33,979 nt of DNA. Origin: an uncultured Oscillospiraceae bacterium. Its GTDB lineage: Bacteria; Bacillota; Clostridia; Oscillospirales; Oscillospiraceae. The stretch is from the NCBI GenBank assembly GCA_944385195.1, contig CALWWH010000266.1, positions 1-33,979 of the forward strand. Direction: 5' to 3'. The position numbers and the translations under genes were made by a program. Positions 27,574 to 33,979 of the stretch are shown here, piece by piece. How positions within the stretch are numbered: the first letter of the stretch is position 1; every line of letters begins with the position of its first letter. The notes beneath the pieces are model-generated. The model was not told the DNA's origin and made no database searches. It was given only the letters and a program-made list of their open reading frames with translations.

Positions 27574-28548
27574 ATGCGAAGGAGAAGGACAAAGCGGACA
27601 AACCTGGCGCCGGCGGCCATTGTGGCCCTGGCGGTGGCGGTGCGGATCCTCTGTGAACCAGGAGCGGCCGAGGCGCCGCCGGAGACACCGGTGGTGCTCA
27701 CGCAGGAAGCACCGGCGGAGGCAACGCCGCTGGATTTGCAGGTGGAACCAGTCCCAACGATCGATTCCTCGTCTCAGCCGCTGCCGGAGCCGGTGACGCT
27801 GGAGTGGAATCAGGCTGCCATGGAGAGTTTGAACCTTCGCAACCAGACCGGCTATACGGTGACGTTGGAGGAGCTGGCGGCGCAGCAGCCGCACTTTGAT
27901 GCGCAGGCGGAGGGGCCGACCATTTTGATTGTCCACACCCACACGACGGAGGCGTACACGCCCGAGCCGGGCTGGGAGTACGAGGCCAGCGACCTGATGC
28001 GCAGCATGGACAGCAGCTATAATATGGTACGTATCGGCGACGAGGTGGAGCGAGTGCTGACCGAGGCGGGATATTGGGTCATCCACGACGAAACCATCAA
28101 CGACTACCCGTCGTATAACAACTCCTATTGGACGGCGCTGGAGCGGATTGAATATTGGCAGGCGCGGTATCCCAGCATTCAGGTGGTGCTGGATCTGCAC
28201 CGGGATGCGGCGGAAGATGGCGCCGGCGGATTTATCCGCACCTCCTATACCGCCGGGGGCGAGGATATGGCGCAGCTGATGCTCGTCTGCGGGACGGACT
28301 ATGGAGGATTGGAGCATGATGGTTGGCGGCAGAACCTGGCCTTTGCCATGCAGCTGCAACTACAGCTGGAGCTGACCCATCCGGGCATCACGCGGCCTTT
28401 GCAGCTGCGGTGTGAGCGGTTCAATCAGCATGCCACGCCCATGAGCCTGCTGGTGGAGGTTGGGACGGTGGGCGATACGCTGGCCCGGGCGCTGCCTGCG
28501 GCGGAGGTTCTGGCCCAGGCGCTGTGTGGAGTGCTGGGAAATGAGTAA
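27574..28548 (+). CDS. spoIIP: Stage II sporulation protein P (SpoIIP-family amidase)
   Basis: N-terminal TM anchor, 'ILIVHTHTTEAY', 'VVLDLHRDA' and 'RFNQH..P.SLLVEVG'. Start is at ATG 27574 ('MRRRRTKR'); the track's 27451 start adds a non-homologous extension. Confidence 0.85.
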   Translation: MRRRRTKRTNLAPAAIVALAVAVRILCEPGAAEAPPETPVVLTQEAPAEATPLDLQVEPVPTIDSSSQPLPEPVTLEWNQAAMESLNLRNQTGYTVTLEELAAQQPHFDAQAEGPTILIVHTHTTEAYTPEPGWEYEASDLMRSMDSSYNMVRIGDEVERVLTEAGYWVIHDETINDYPSYNNSYWTALERIEYWQARYPSIQVVLDLHRDAAEDGAGGFIRTSYTAGGEDMAQLMLVCGTDYGGLEHDGWRQNLAFAMQLQLQLELTHPGITRPLQLRCERFNQHATPMSLLVEVGTVGDTLARALPAAEVLAQALCGVLGNE

Positions 28549-28667
28549 AATCTAATTATAGGGGTAAAGGCAGGCAGAGCCACTACATATTCCATACCTC
28601 CCGATTGCAACCGTAAAAACCGCCAAACATGAGGCCTTTTTTTCTACGTTCTCACCAAAAGAATCAG

Positions 28668-28696
28668 TTGACGTTCGGGGCTGGTTGTGATATATT
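28668..28696 (+). promoter_or_regulatory. Sigma-A-type promoter (TTGACG-17 nt-TGaTATATT)
   Basis: -35 at 28668-28673 and -10 TATATT at 28691-28696 with a TGa extended -10. Confidence 0.6.
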
Positions 28697-28736
28697 TAAT
28701 GCACAGCCACTTGAATTATTGGGGGGGAACTACAAA

Positions 28737-29066
28737 TTGGATATCAATAAGTTTGACAAAGAATTTGCTGAAAAGCGAGAAGGTGGCGCTAAGTGGTGGT
28801 TTAACTACGTGATCACTTGGTTCTGGGGCGCTCTTGCCTGGTTCTTCGCGATTCTCGGCATCATTTGGGAAGTCAAGGACTTCAGCCAGGGCGGCTACAT
28901 CTCTTTGCTGTCTGTTCTGTTCAGCCTGTTCGGCATCCAGTCCATCTTCAAGTGCAGAACCTGGAACTGGAACCTGAGACTGATCATCCCGCTGGTCTTC
29001 TGCGGCCTGGCGCTGGTTCTGACTGCGTTCTTGCTGTACATCTATATGCCCATCATTGCAGAATGA
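28737..29066 (+). CDS. Small integral membrane protein (3 predicted TM helices), unknown function
   Basis: The ORF is flanked by a good promoter and a strong terminator. The track's ATG at 28629 lies upstream of that promoter and has no RBS. The in-frame TTG at 28737 lies 9 nt after a G7 run (28721-28727). TM segments are 'WWFNYVITWFWGALAWFFAILGIIW', 'ISLLSVLFSLFGIQSIF' and 'LIIPLVFCGLALVLTAFLLYIY'. Confidence 0.5.
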   Translation: MDINKFDKEFAEKREGGAKWWFNYVITWFWGALAWFFAILGIIWEVKDFSQGGYISLLSVLFSLFGIQSIFKCRTWNWNLRLIIPLVFCGLALVLTAFLLYIYMPIIAE

Positions 29067-29079
29067 TAAGGCTGATATT

Positions 29080-29116
29080 ACCCTCCTACACTGCGGTGCA
29101 GGAGGGTTTTATTTTA
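29080..29116 (+). terminator. Rho-independent terminator
   Basis: Stem ACCCTCCT...AGGAGGGT followed by TTTTATTTTAT. Confidence 0.8.
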
Positions 29117-29150
29117 TGCTTTTTGCTGCGCAAAGAACAGGGAGCTCCCC

Positions 29151-29179
29151 TTGCTTGCAGCCGCGATTTCTGGTATACT
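29151..29179 (+). promoter_or_regulatory. Sigma-A-type promoter for the PAS-dacB-DUF3842 operon (TTGCTT-17 nt-TGgTATACT)
   Basis: -35 at 29151-29156 and -10 at 29174-29179, preceded by TGg. Confidence 0.55.
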
Positions 29180-29208
29180 ATATGGAGTTTGACAAAGGAG
29201 GACAACTC

Positions 29209-29550
29209 ATGGCCCGTTCGATTGAAAGCGATATCCTCGACGCACTGCCCTACCCGGTGGTCTATGTGGATACCGAACATGTGATCCGATACATGAATCA
29301 AGAAGCCAAACACAGATATTACGATGTCCGCGGCTATCGCGACCTCATCGGTCAGTCCCTCTTCGACTGCCATCAGGAGGCGTCCCGGGAAATGATTCTC
29401 AAGGCGGTGGAGAAGCTCAAGAACCACGGAAACGAGATCTTCCTGGGCCTGAGCGTGCGCAATGAGCGCATCTACATCAACCCCGTCCGGAACGAGAATG
29501 GCGAGCTCATCGGCTATTTTGAGCGCTTTGAGCTGAACCTGCAGAAGTGA
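29209..29550 (+). CDS. Stand-alone PAS-domain protein (113 aa)
   Basis: AAAGGAGG RBS. 'ILDALPYPVVYVDTEHVIRYMNQEA......G.SLFDCH......I.......G......' followed by 'I.I.PVRNE.GELIGYFE' fits a PAS fold. The track's 29056 start runs through the upstream terminator. Confidence 0.7.
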   Translation: MARSIESDILDALPYPVVYVDTEHVIRYMNQEAKHRYYDVRGYRDLIGQSLFDCHQEASREMILKAVEKLKNHGNEIFLGLSVRNERIYINPVRNENGELIGYFERFELNLQK

Positions 29551-30821
29551 TGCCCATGAAGAAAACACGCATTTTTCTGCTCCTGCTGGCGCTGATGCTG
29601 GCGCTGATGCCCACTGCCCTGGCGGCGGACTTCGTGCCCGAGGCCAAGGCGTCTATCGTAATGGAGGTCGAGTCCGGCGTCATCTTGCAGCAGTACAACG
29701 CCGATGAGCAGGTCTACCCTGCCAGCCTGACGAAGATTATGACGGCCCTGGTGGCCATAGACCACGTGAGCCTGGATGATATGGCCACAGTCCATGGGGC
29801 GGTGCTGGAGGACCTGCACCCGGACAGCACCACGGCCAATCTGGTGGATGGCGAGGTGCTCAGCATCCGCGACCTGCTGTATTGCATGTTCCTGGTCTCG
29901 GCCAACGATGCCAGCTGCGTCGTGGCCGAGTACGTCGGCGGCACGGTGGAGAACTTCGTGCAGATGATGAACGACAAGGCGGCGGAGCTGGGCTGCACGG
30001 GGACGAACTTTGCAAATCCTCACGGCCTGCATGAGGAAAACCACTATACCACCGCCCGGGATCTGCTGCGCATGGCCGATGCCTTCTGGCAGAACGAGAC
30101 GCTGATGGAGATCTGCTCCACGATCCACTATGAGATCCCGGCAACGGATCACAACAACCCCCATAACCTGTACACGATCATCCACACCAACTCCACGGCG
30201 ACCTATCCGTATTACTACTACGAGGGCTGCCGGGGCATTAAGACCGGCTCCACCTCGGCGGCGGGCAAGTGCCTCATCGTCTGCTGTGAGCGAGAGGGCC
30301 TGGAGGTGCTGGCGGTGGTCGTCGGTGCGCCGACGACGCTCGTCCGTCCGGATGGCATGGAGTGGCCGGGCCACTACGCTGCGATGCACGACCTGCTGGA
30401 CTATACCTATGACAACTTCGACATGGCCACCATCCGGGAGGTCTACGCGGACGAGATCGCAGCGCGGCAGGCTGCGCTGCAGGAGCCGGAGCCGGAACCG
30501 GAGCCTGACCCGGAACCGGATCAGCCGGCAGAAGAGCCCGATGACACGCCGGAAGAAGGGACGCAGCCCCCCTCCGGCGAGGCCGCCCAGACGCCTGAGG
30601 AATCTGAACCGGCCCCAGAGCCCGAGACCCCGGCAGAGCCTGCTGAGGAACCGGCGCAATCAGAAGAATCAGAAGCCTCGGAGGGAATTGCCTGGTACGG
30701 CTGGCTGCTCATTGGGGTGGCAGGACTGCTGGTGGTCTACACAGCTGGCTACCTGATTCACAACCTGACCCGGCCGATGCGCCGAAAGAGGCGCCCTAAG
30801 TGGGAGGATGAAGAAGAGTGA
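29550..30821 (+). CDS. D-alanyl-D-alanine carboxypeptidase (peptidase S11, PBP5/DacB-like) with Pro/Glu-rich linker and C-terminal TM anchor
   Basis: Signal peptide ending 'ALA/AD'. SxxK 'PASLTKIMT', SxN 'VSANDA' and KTG 'IKTGST' are all present. The start overlaps the PAS stop (TGATG); 29547 (GTG) and 29556 (ATG) are alternative starts. Confidence 0.9.
   Translation: MPMKKTRIFLLLLALMLALMPTALAADFVPEAKASIVMEVESGVILQQYNADEQVYPASLTKIMTALVAIDHVSLDDMATVHGAVLEDLHPDSTTANLVDGEVLSIRDLLYCMFLVSANDASCVVAEYVGGTVENFVQMMNDKAAELGCTGTNFANPHGLHEENHYTTARDLLRMADAFWQNETLMEICSTIHYEIPATDHNNPHNLYTIIHTNSTATYPYYYYEGCRGIKTGSTSAAGKCLIVCCEREGLEVLAVVVGAPTTLVRPDGMEWPGHYAAMHDLLDYTYDNFDMATIREVYADEIAARQAALQEPEPEPEPDPEPDQPAEEPDDTPEEGTQPPSGEAAQTPEESEPAPEPETPAEPAEEPAQSEESEASEGIAWYGWLLIGVAGLLVVYTAGYLIHNLTRPMRRKRRPKWEDEEE
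30483..30518 (+). repeat. Imperfect GARCCN hexamer tandem repeat encoding (E/D)P x6, start of a roughly 200-nt acidic/Pro-rich low-complexity tract (to about 30685)
   Basis: gag ccg gag ccg gaa ccg gag cct gac ccg gaa ccg, inside the carboxypeptidase CDS. Confidence 0.7.
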
Positions 30822-31225
30822 ATGTGACTGTGGTAGACGGTCAGGGAGGCCGCATCGGCAAGCAGATTGTCGAGAAAATTCTCGCCGAGGGACTGCCCTG
30901 TGAGCTGACCGCCATCGGCACCAACAGTGTCGCCACGGCGGCAATGCTTAAGGCTGGCGCCCCCAAGGGCGCCACCGGGGAGAATCCCCTGCGGGTGGCC
31001 TGCCGCAGCGCCGATGTCATCATTGGACCCATCGGCATCGTCATTGCTGACTCACTCCTGGGCGAGGTCACGCCGCAGATGGCTGTCGCCGTCGGCCAGA
31101 GCAGGGCGGTCAAGCTGCTGCTGCCCGTGAGCCATTGCGATAACCATGTGGTTGGCGTGGTCAGCGACAACATCGGCGTGCTGCTCGAGAGCATGATGGC
31201 CCAGCTGCGGGAGATTTTGAAGTAA
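30818..31225 (+). CDS. DUF3842 family protein
   Basis: 'VVDGQGGRIGKQIVEKI' at the N-terminus and 'IIGPIGIV' are as I recall for DUF3842. The GTG start overlaps the upstream stop (GTGA), and GGGAGGA lies 9 nt upstream. Confidence 0.65.
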   Translation: MNVTVVDGQGGRIGKQIVEKILAEGLPCELTAIGTNSVATAAMLKAGAPKGATGENPLRVACRSADVIIGPIGIVIADSLLGEVTPQMAVAVGQSRAVKLLLPVSHCDNHVVGVVSDNIGVLLESMMAQLREILK

Positions 31226-31228
31226 GAC

Positions 31229-31265
31229 AAAACGGCCTGACAGATCTAATCTGTCAGGCCGTTTT
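31229..31265. terminator. Bidirectional rho-independent terminator
   Basis: 17-bp perfect stem AAAACGGCCTGACAGAT / ATCTGTCAGGCCGTTTT with a 3-nt loop. It serves DUF3842 (+) and the radical SAM gene (-). Confidence 0.85.
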
Positions 31266-32139
31266 ATATCCCCTCCCCGTCAAAGGCCGGGGTAAAGTCG
31301 CTCTGGGCGGATTGGGCGTCCTGGGTAAAGGCCACGGGCGTTCCCATGAGCTCTGCCCAGCTGAGGACGCCGGCGTATTCCTCATCGCTGACCTGTCGGT
31401 CCAGGGGCGCAGGCAGGGTCAGCCCGGGAGGCGGCGCGTACTGGCGCAGGAGGCTGACCTGGATGTCCGGGATGCTTGCCAGCGTCTCCATGGCCGCCAG
31501 GGAGTTTTCCACGTGGCCGGGGAGAATCAGATGCCGCACCAGGGTCCCTTTGGCCAGTAGTTCGTCCTCGCCCAAAACAAAGGGCCCCGTCTGGCGCACC
31601 ATCTCGCGGATGGCGGCTTCGGCCAGCTGCGGATAGTCTGCCGCGCCGGACAAGGCCGCGGCCAGAGCGCCGTCGGCGTATTTAAAGTCGGGCAGATAGA
31701 TGTCAATCAGGCCCTCCAGCTGGCGCAGCGTTTCCACGGACTCATAGCCGCCGCAGTTCATTACCACAGGAACAGGCAGCTTTGGCCTCAGCGCTGGAAG
31801 GATGTCGGGCAGAAAGTGCGTCGGCGTCACCAGATTGATGTTGTGTACCCCCTGGTCGATCAGTTCTTCGAAAATCTCCCGCAGGCGGCCCGGTGTGATG
31901 TCCGCGCCGGCTCCGCCGGAAGAGATCTCGTGGTTTTGGCAGTAGACGCAGCGCAGGGTGCAGCCGGAGAAAAAGACCGTCCCGCTGCCCCAGCGGCCGG
32001 AGATGCAGGGCTCTTCCCAGAAATGCGCCGCCGCTCGCGCGGCTCGCAGCCGCCCCGGCTGACGGCAGTAGCCCAGTTGTCCGGCGGTACGGTCCACCCC
32101 GCAGCGCCGGGGGCATAGTGTGCAGTTGTTGTATGTCAT
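31264..32139 (-). CDS. Radical SAM protein, PflX-like (pyruvate formate-lyase activase homolog, COG1313-type)
   Basis: 'CPRRCGVDR..G..G.C', 'HFWEEPCISG..GSGTVFFSGC' and the CX3CX2C 'CTLRCVYCQN'. Confidence 0.85.
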   Translation of the reverse strand: MTYNNCTLCPRRCGVDRTAGQLGYCRQPGRLRAARAAAHFWEEPCISGRWGSGTVFFSGCTLRCVYCQNHEISSGGAGADITPGRLREIFEELIDQGVHNINLVTPTHFLPDILPALRPKLPVPVVMNCGGYESVETLRQLEGLIDIYLPDFKYADGALAAALSGAADYPQLAEAAIREMVRQTGPFVLGEDELLAKGTLVRHLILPGHVENSLAAMETLASIPDIQVSLLRQYAPPPGLTLPAPLDRQVSDEEYAGVLSWAELMGTPVAFTQDAQSAQSDFTPAFDGEGI

Positions 32140-32179
32140 GGCAGTGACCTCGTCAGAAACCAGCGTGTTTGTCAGACGG

Positions 32180-32677
32180 CTATTTTAAGGCGATCAATTC
32201 GCCGCAGGTCTGCGCGATACTTTTATGGCTTGTATCCAGCTTTATGGTATTCAGCTGCTCATACAGGGGCAGACGGTCAAGGCTTCTGGCGATGACGTCC
32301 TGCGTGCGCAGCCCCTGGTCAATGTCCCGCTGAAGCCGGCGCTTAAGCGTGGCCTCGTCACAGACGAGGCTGACCGCTTTTATCTTGCAATCGCCCGTAT
32401 CGAGGGCGCTGAGAATCGTGTCGACGATGGCTTGCTCGTGCATGACCCAACAGAAAATGATCGTCTCATATGCAGAGCAATGCAGAAACTGATTGAGCAA
32501 GAAGCAGATGTTCTGGAGAACCATCTGCTTGGTCTGGGCCGTGACCTGGAACGGGTGCATGTCCCAACACCAGTCCCCGTCGAGAAACACGGCGGCAGGG
32601 AGCATGATTTTCAGCTGCTGGCATACGCTTGTCTTTCCCACGCCCATGGGTCCGCCGATCAAGTAGAGCGTTTTCAT
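32180..32677 (-). CDS. P-loop NTPase / AAA-type small kinase-like protein
   Basis: Walker A 'GGPMGVGKTS' at the N-terminus. Start is at ATG 32677 after GAGGGAGA; the track's 32740 start falls inside the -35 box of the gene's own promoter. Confidence 0.7.
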   Translation of the reverse strand: MKTLYLIGGPMGVGKTSVCQQLKIMLPAAVFLDGDWCWDMHPFQVTAQTKQMVLQNICFLLNQFLHCSAYETIIFCWVMHEQAIVDTILSALDTGDCKIKAVSLVCDEATLKRRLQRDIDQGLRTQDVIARSLDRLPLYEQLNTIKLDTSHKSIAQTCGELIALK

Positions 32678-32711
32678 TGTTTTCGTCTCCCTCTTAAGAG
32701 TAACCGTGTTC

Positions 32712-32740
32712 ATTATACTCCACCCGGTACAGATGCGCAA
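32712..32740 (-). promoter_or_regulatory. Sigma-A-type promoter for the ATPase-radical SAM operon (TTGCGC-17 nt-TATAAT)
   Basis: On the minus strand, -35 is at 32740-32735 and the consensus -10 at 32717-32712. Confidence 0.55.
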
Positions 32741-32750
32741 GGGCGTCCTA

Positions 32751-32779
32751 TTTACGTTCCGGTGAATTTATGGTATGAT
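32751..32779 (+). promoter_or_regulatory. Sigma-A-type promoter for rlmD (TTTACG-17 nt-TGgTATGAT)
   Basis: -35 at 32751-32756 and -10 at 32774-32779 with a TGg extension. It is divergent from the promoter above. Confidence 0.5.
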
Positions 32780-32821
32780 AAAGCAGTGAGCAGACAGGAA
32801 TATGGTTCGGAGGGATCGAAT

Positions 32822-33979
32822 TTGAAAAAGAACGAGATCTATACCGTAAAAATAGAAGGCTACACCCACCAGGGGCTGGGCGTGGCGCGGCTGCCGGAGG
32901 GCGTTGTGTTCGTCCACCAGGCGCTGATGGGCGAGAGCTGTGAAATACAGCTCCTAAAAGTTGGAAAAAACGAGTCCTTTGCCCGAGTACGGCGGGTGAT
33001 CGAGGCCTCTGCGGAGCGGGTGACGCCGGACTGCCCCGTCTACGGCAAATGCGGCGGCTGCGCGCTGCGGCACATGAGCTACGCCGAGGAGTGCCGTATG
33101 AAGGCCCGCCGGGTGCAGGATGCCCTGCGCCGCATTGGCGGCATCGATCTGCCGGTGGAGATCCTTGGGGCCGAGGATTTGAGCTGCTACCGCAATAAGG
33201 TCATCTACCCCGTGGCGCTGCTGGATGGGCAGCCTACCCGGGGTTATTTCCGCGCCCGCTCCCACACGCTTATCCCTGTGGAGCGCTGCGCGCTGGTGCC
33301 GGAGTGCGCCGACACCCTGGCCGATGTGGTCATCGATTGGATGCGCCGCTGCGGTGTGAGCGCCTACGACGAGGGAACCTTGCAGGGCCTGGTGCGCAAT
33401 GTCTGCCTGCGGGTGACCTCTCTGGGGGAGGTCATGGTCTGCCTGGTGGTCAATGGCGACAAGATCCCCCATGGGGAGGAACTGATCCAGGCGCTGCGGG
33501 CGGCGGAACCGAAGCTGGCCTCGATCGTCCAGTGCATCCACAAGAGGCCCGGCAACGCCGTGCTCTCGGATCGATTTATCACGCTGTGGGGTGCGGACCG
33601 CCTCAACGAGACCCTCTGCGGTCTGCGATTCACCCTCTCCCCCCGGAGCTTTTTTCAGGTCAACCATGACCAGGCTGAGCGGCTGTACCGCTGTGCCGTT
33701 GAGGCTGCGCAGCTGACGGGGACGGAGCGTGTGCTGGATCTCTACTGCGGCACCGGCACCATTACCCTGGCCATGGCGCGCCACGCCCGGGAGGCCATCG
33801 GCGTTGAGGTGATCCCCTCTGCCGTGGAAGACGCCAAAGAGAATGCCGCCGCCAACGATCTGGGCAACACACGTTTTTTGTGTGCCGATGCGGGACAGGC
33901 GGCAGCCCAGCTGGCCGCCGAGGGCCTGGCCCCCGACGTCATTGTTGTGGACCCGCCGCGAAAGGGGCTGAGCCTTGAC
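32822..33979 (+). CDS. rlmD: 23S rRNA (uracil-C5)-methyltransferase, RlmD/RumA family (TRAM + 4Fe-4S + SAM-MTase); 3' end outside the window
   Basis: Not in the supplied track because the ORF is open at the window end. My own translation from TTG 32822 (GGAGGG RBS 7 nt upstream) is 'KKNEIYTVKIEGYTHQGLGVARL...' (TRAM), 'CPVYGKCGGCALRHMSY' (Fe-S), 'FFQVN', 'VLDLYCGTGTITLAMA' (SAM motif I) and 'VVDPPRKGL'. There are 386 uninterrupted codons. Confidence 0.88.
   Translation, partial: MKKNEIYTVKIEGYTHQGLGVARLPEGVVFVHQALMGESCEIQLLKVGKNESFARVRRVIEASAERVTPDCPVYGKCGGCALRHMSYAEECRMKARRVQDALRRIGGIDLPVEILGAEDLSCYRNKVIYPVALLDGQPTRGYFRARSHTLIPVERCALVPECADTLADVVIDWMRRCGVSAYDEGTLQGLVRNVCLRVTSLGEVMVCLVVNGDKIPHGEELIQALRAAEPKLASIVQCIHKRPGNAVLSDRFITLWGADRLNETLCGLRFTLSPRSFFQVNHDQAERLYRCAVEAAQLTGTERVLDLYCGTGTITLAMARHAREAIGVEVIPSAVEDAKENAAANDLGNTRFLCADAGQAAAQLAAEGLAPDVIVVDPPRKGLSLD

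Noticed and set aside
28611-28650. A possible terminator at the T7 run after spoIIP (aaaaaccgccaaacatgaggccttttttt).
   Set aside because: No stem of more than 3-4 bp can be drawn upstream of the T-run, so it is not a credible intrinsic terminator.

Overview
This window is an origin-proximal chromosomal segment from a high-GC, spore-forming Firmicute (Clostridia-like). That assignment rests on PolC, SpoIIP, RemB/DUF370 and Soj-Spo0J, plus the conserved recF-remB-gyrB-gyrA order. All identifications come from motifs I recognise in the translations; no database search was possible.

Gene content, left to right:
- recF (3' end), remB, gyrB, gyrA and rnhA.
- A YcxB-like membrane protein.
- A heterodimeric ABC exporter pair with one degenerate ATP site.
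- A DUF2284/DUF2200 convergent pair.
- A GlmU-N-terminal-like nucleotidyltransferase and a stand-alone acpP.
- A long minus-strand block, listed here in plus-strand order: mnmA, a membrane hypothetical, mscL, serS, spo0J/parB and soj/parA (one apparent operon transcribed soj to mnmA), then polC.
- der, plsY, a His-rich small protein and a CooT-like protein.
- An orphan 501-aa protein.
- A type I glutamine synthetase gene interrupted by one in-frame TAG.
- spoIIP and a small membrane protein.
- A translationally coupled PAS, PBP5-type carboxypeptidase and DUF3842 triad.
- A PflX-like radical SAM gene plus a P-loop ATPase.
- The 5' part of an RlmD-type rRNA methyltransferase, which is absent from the supplied ORF track.

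I found no rRNA or tRNA genes, CRISPR arrays, transposases, integrases or recognisable defence islands.

The strongest sequence-level signals are:
- Three perfect copies of the 16-bp palindromic parS site. Two of them abut promoters, and one sits inside a 36-bp perfect palindrome whose arm is repeated as the RBS of the next gene.
- The amber codon that replaces a metal-ligand Glu in glnA, which lies behind a perfect consensus promoter.
- Several small operons of uncharacterised genes: His-rich/CooT, PAS-DacB-DUF3842, and the 501-aa orphan.

I cannot show that any of these is a genuinely new system. They are leads ranked by interest score.
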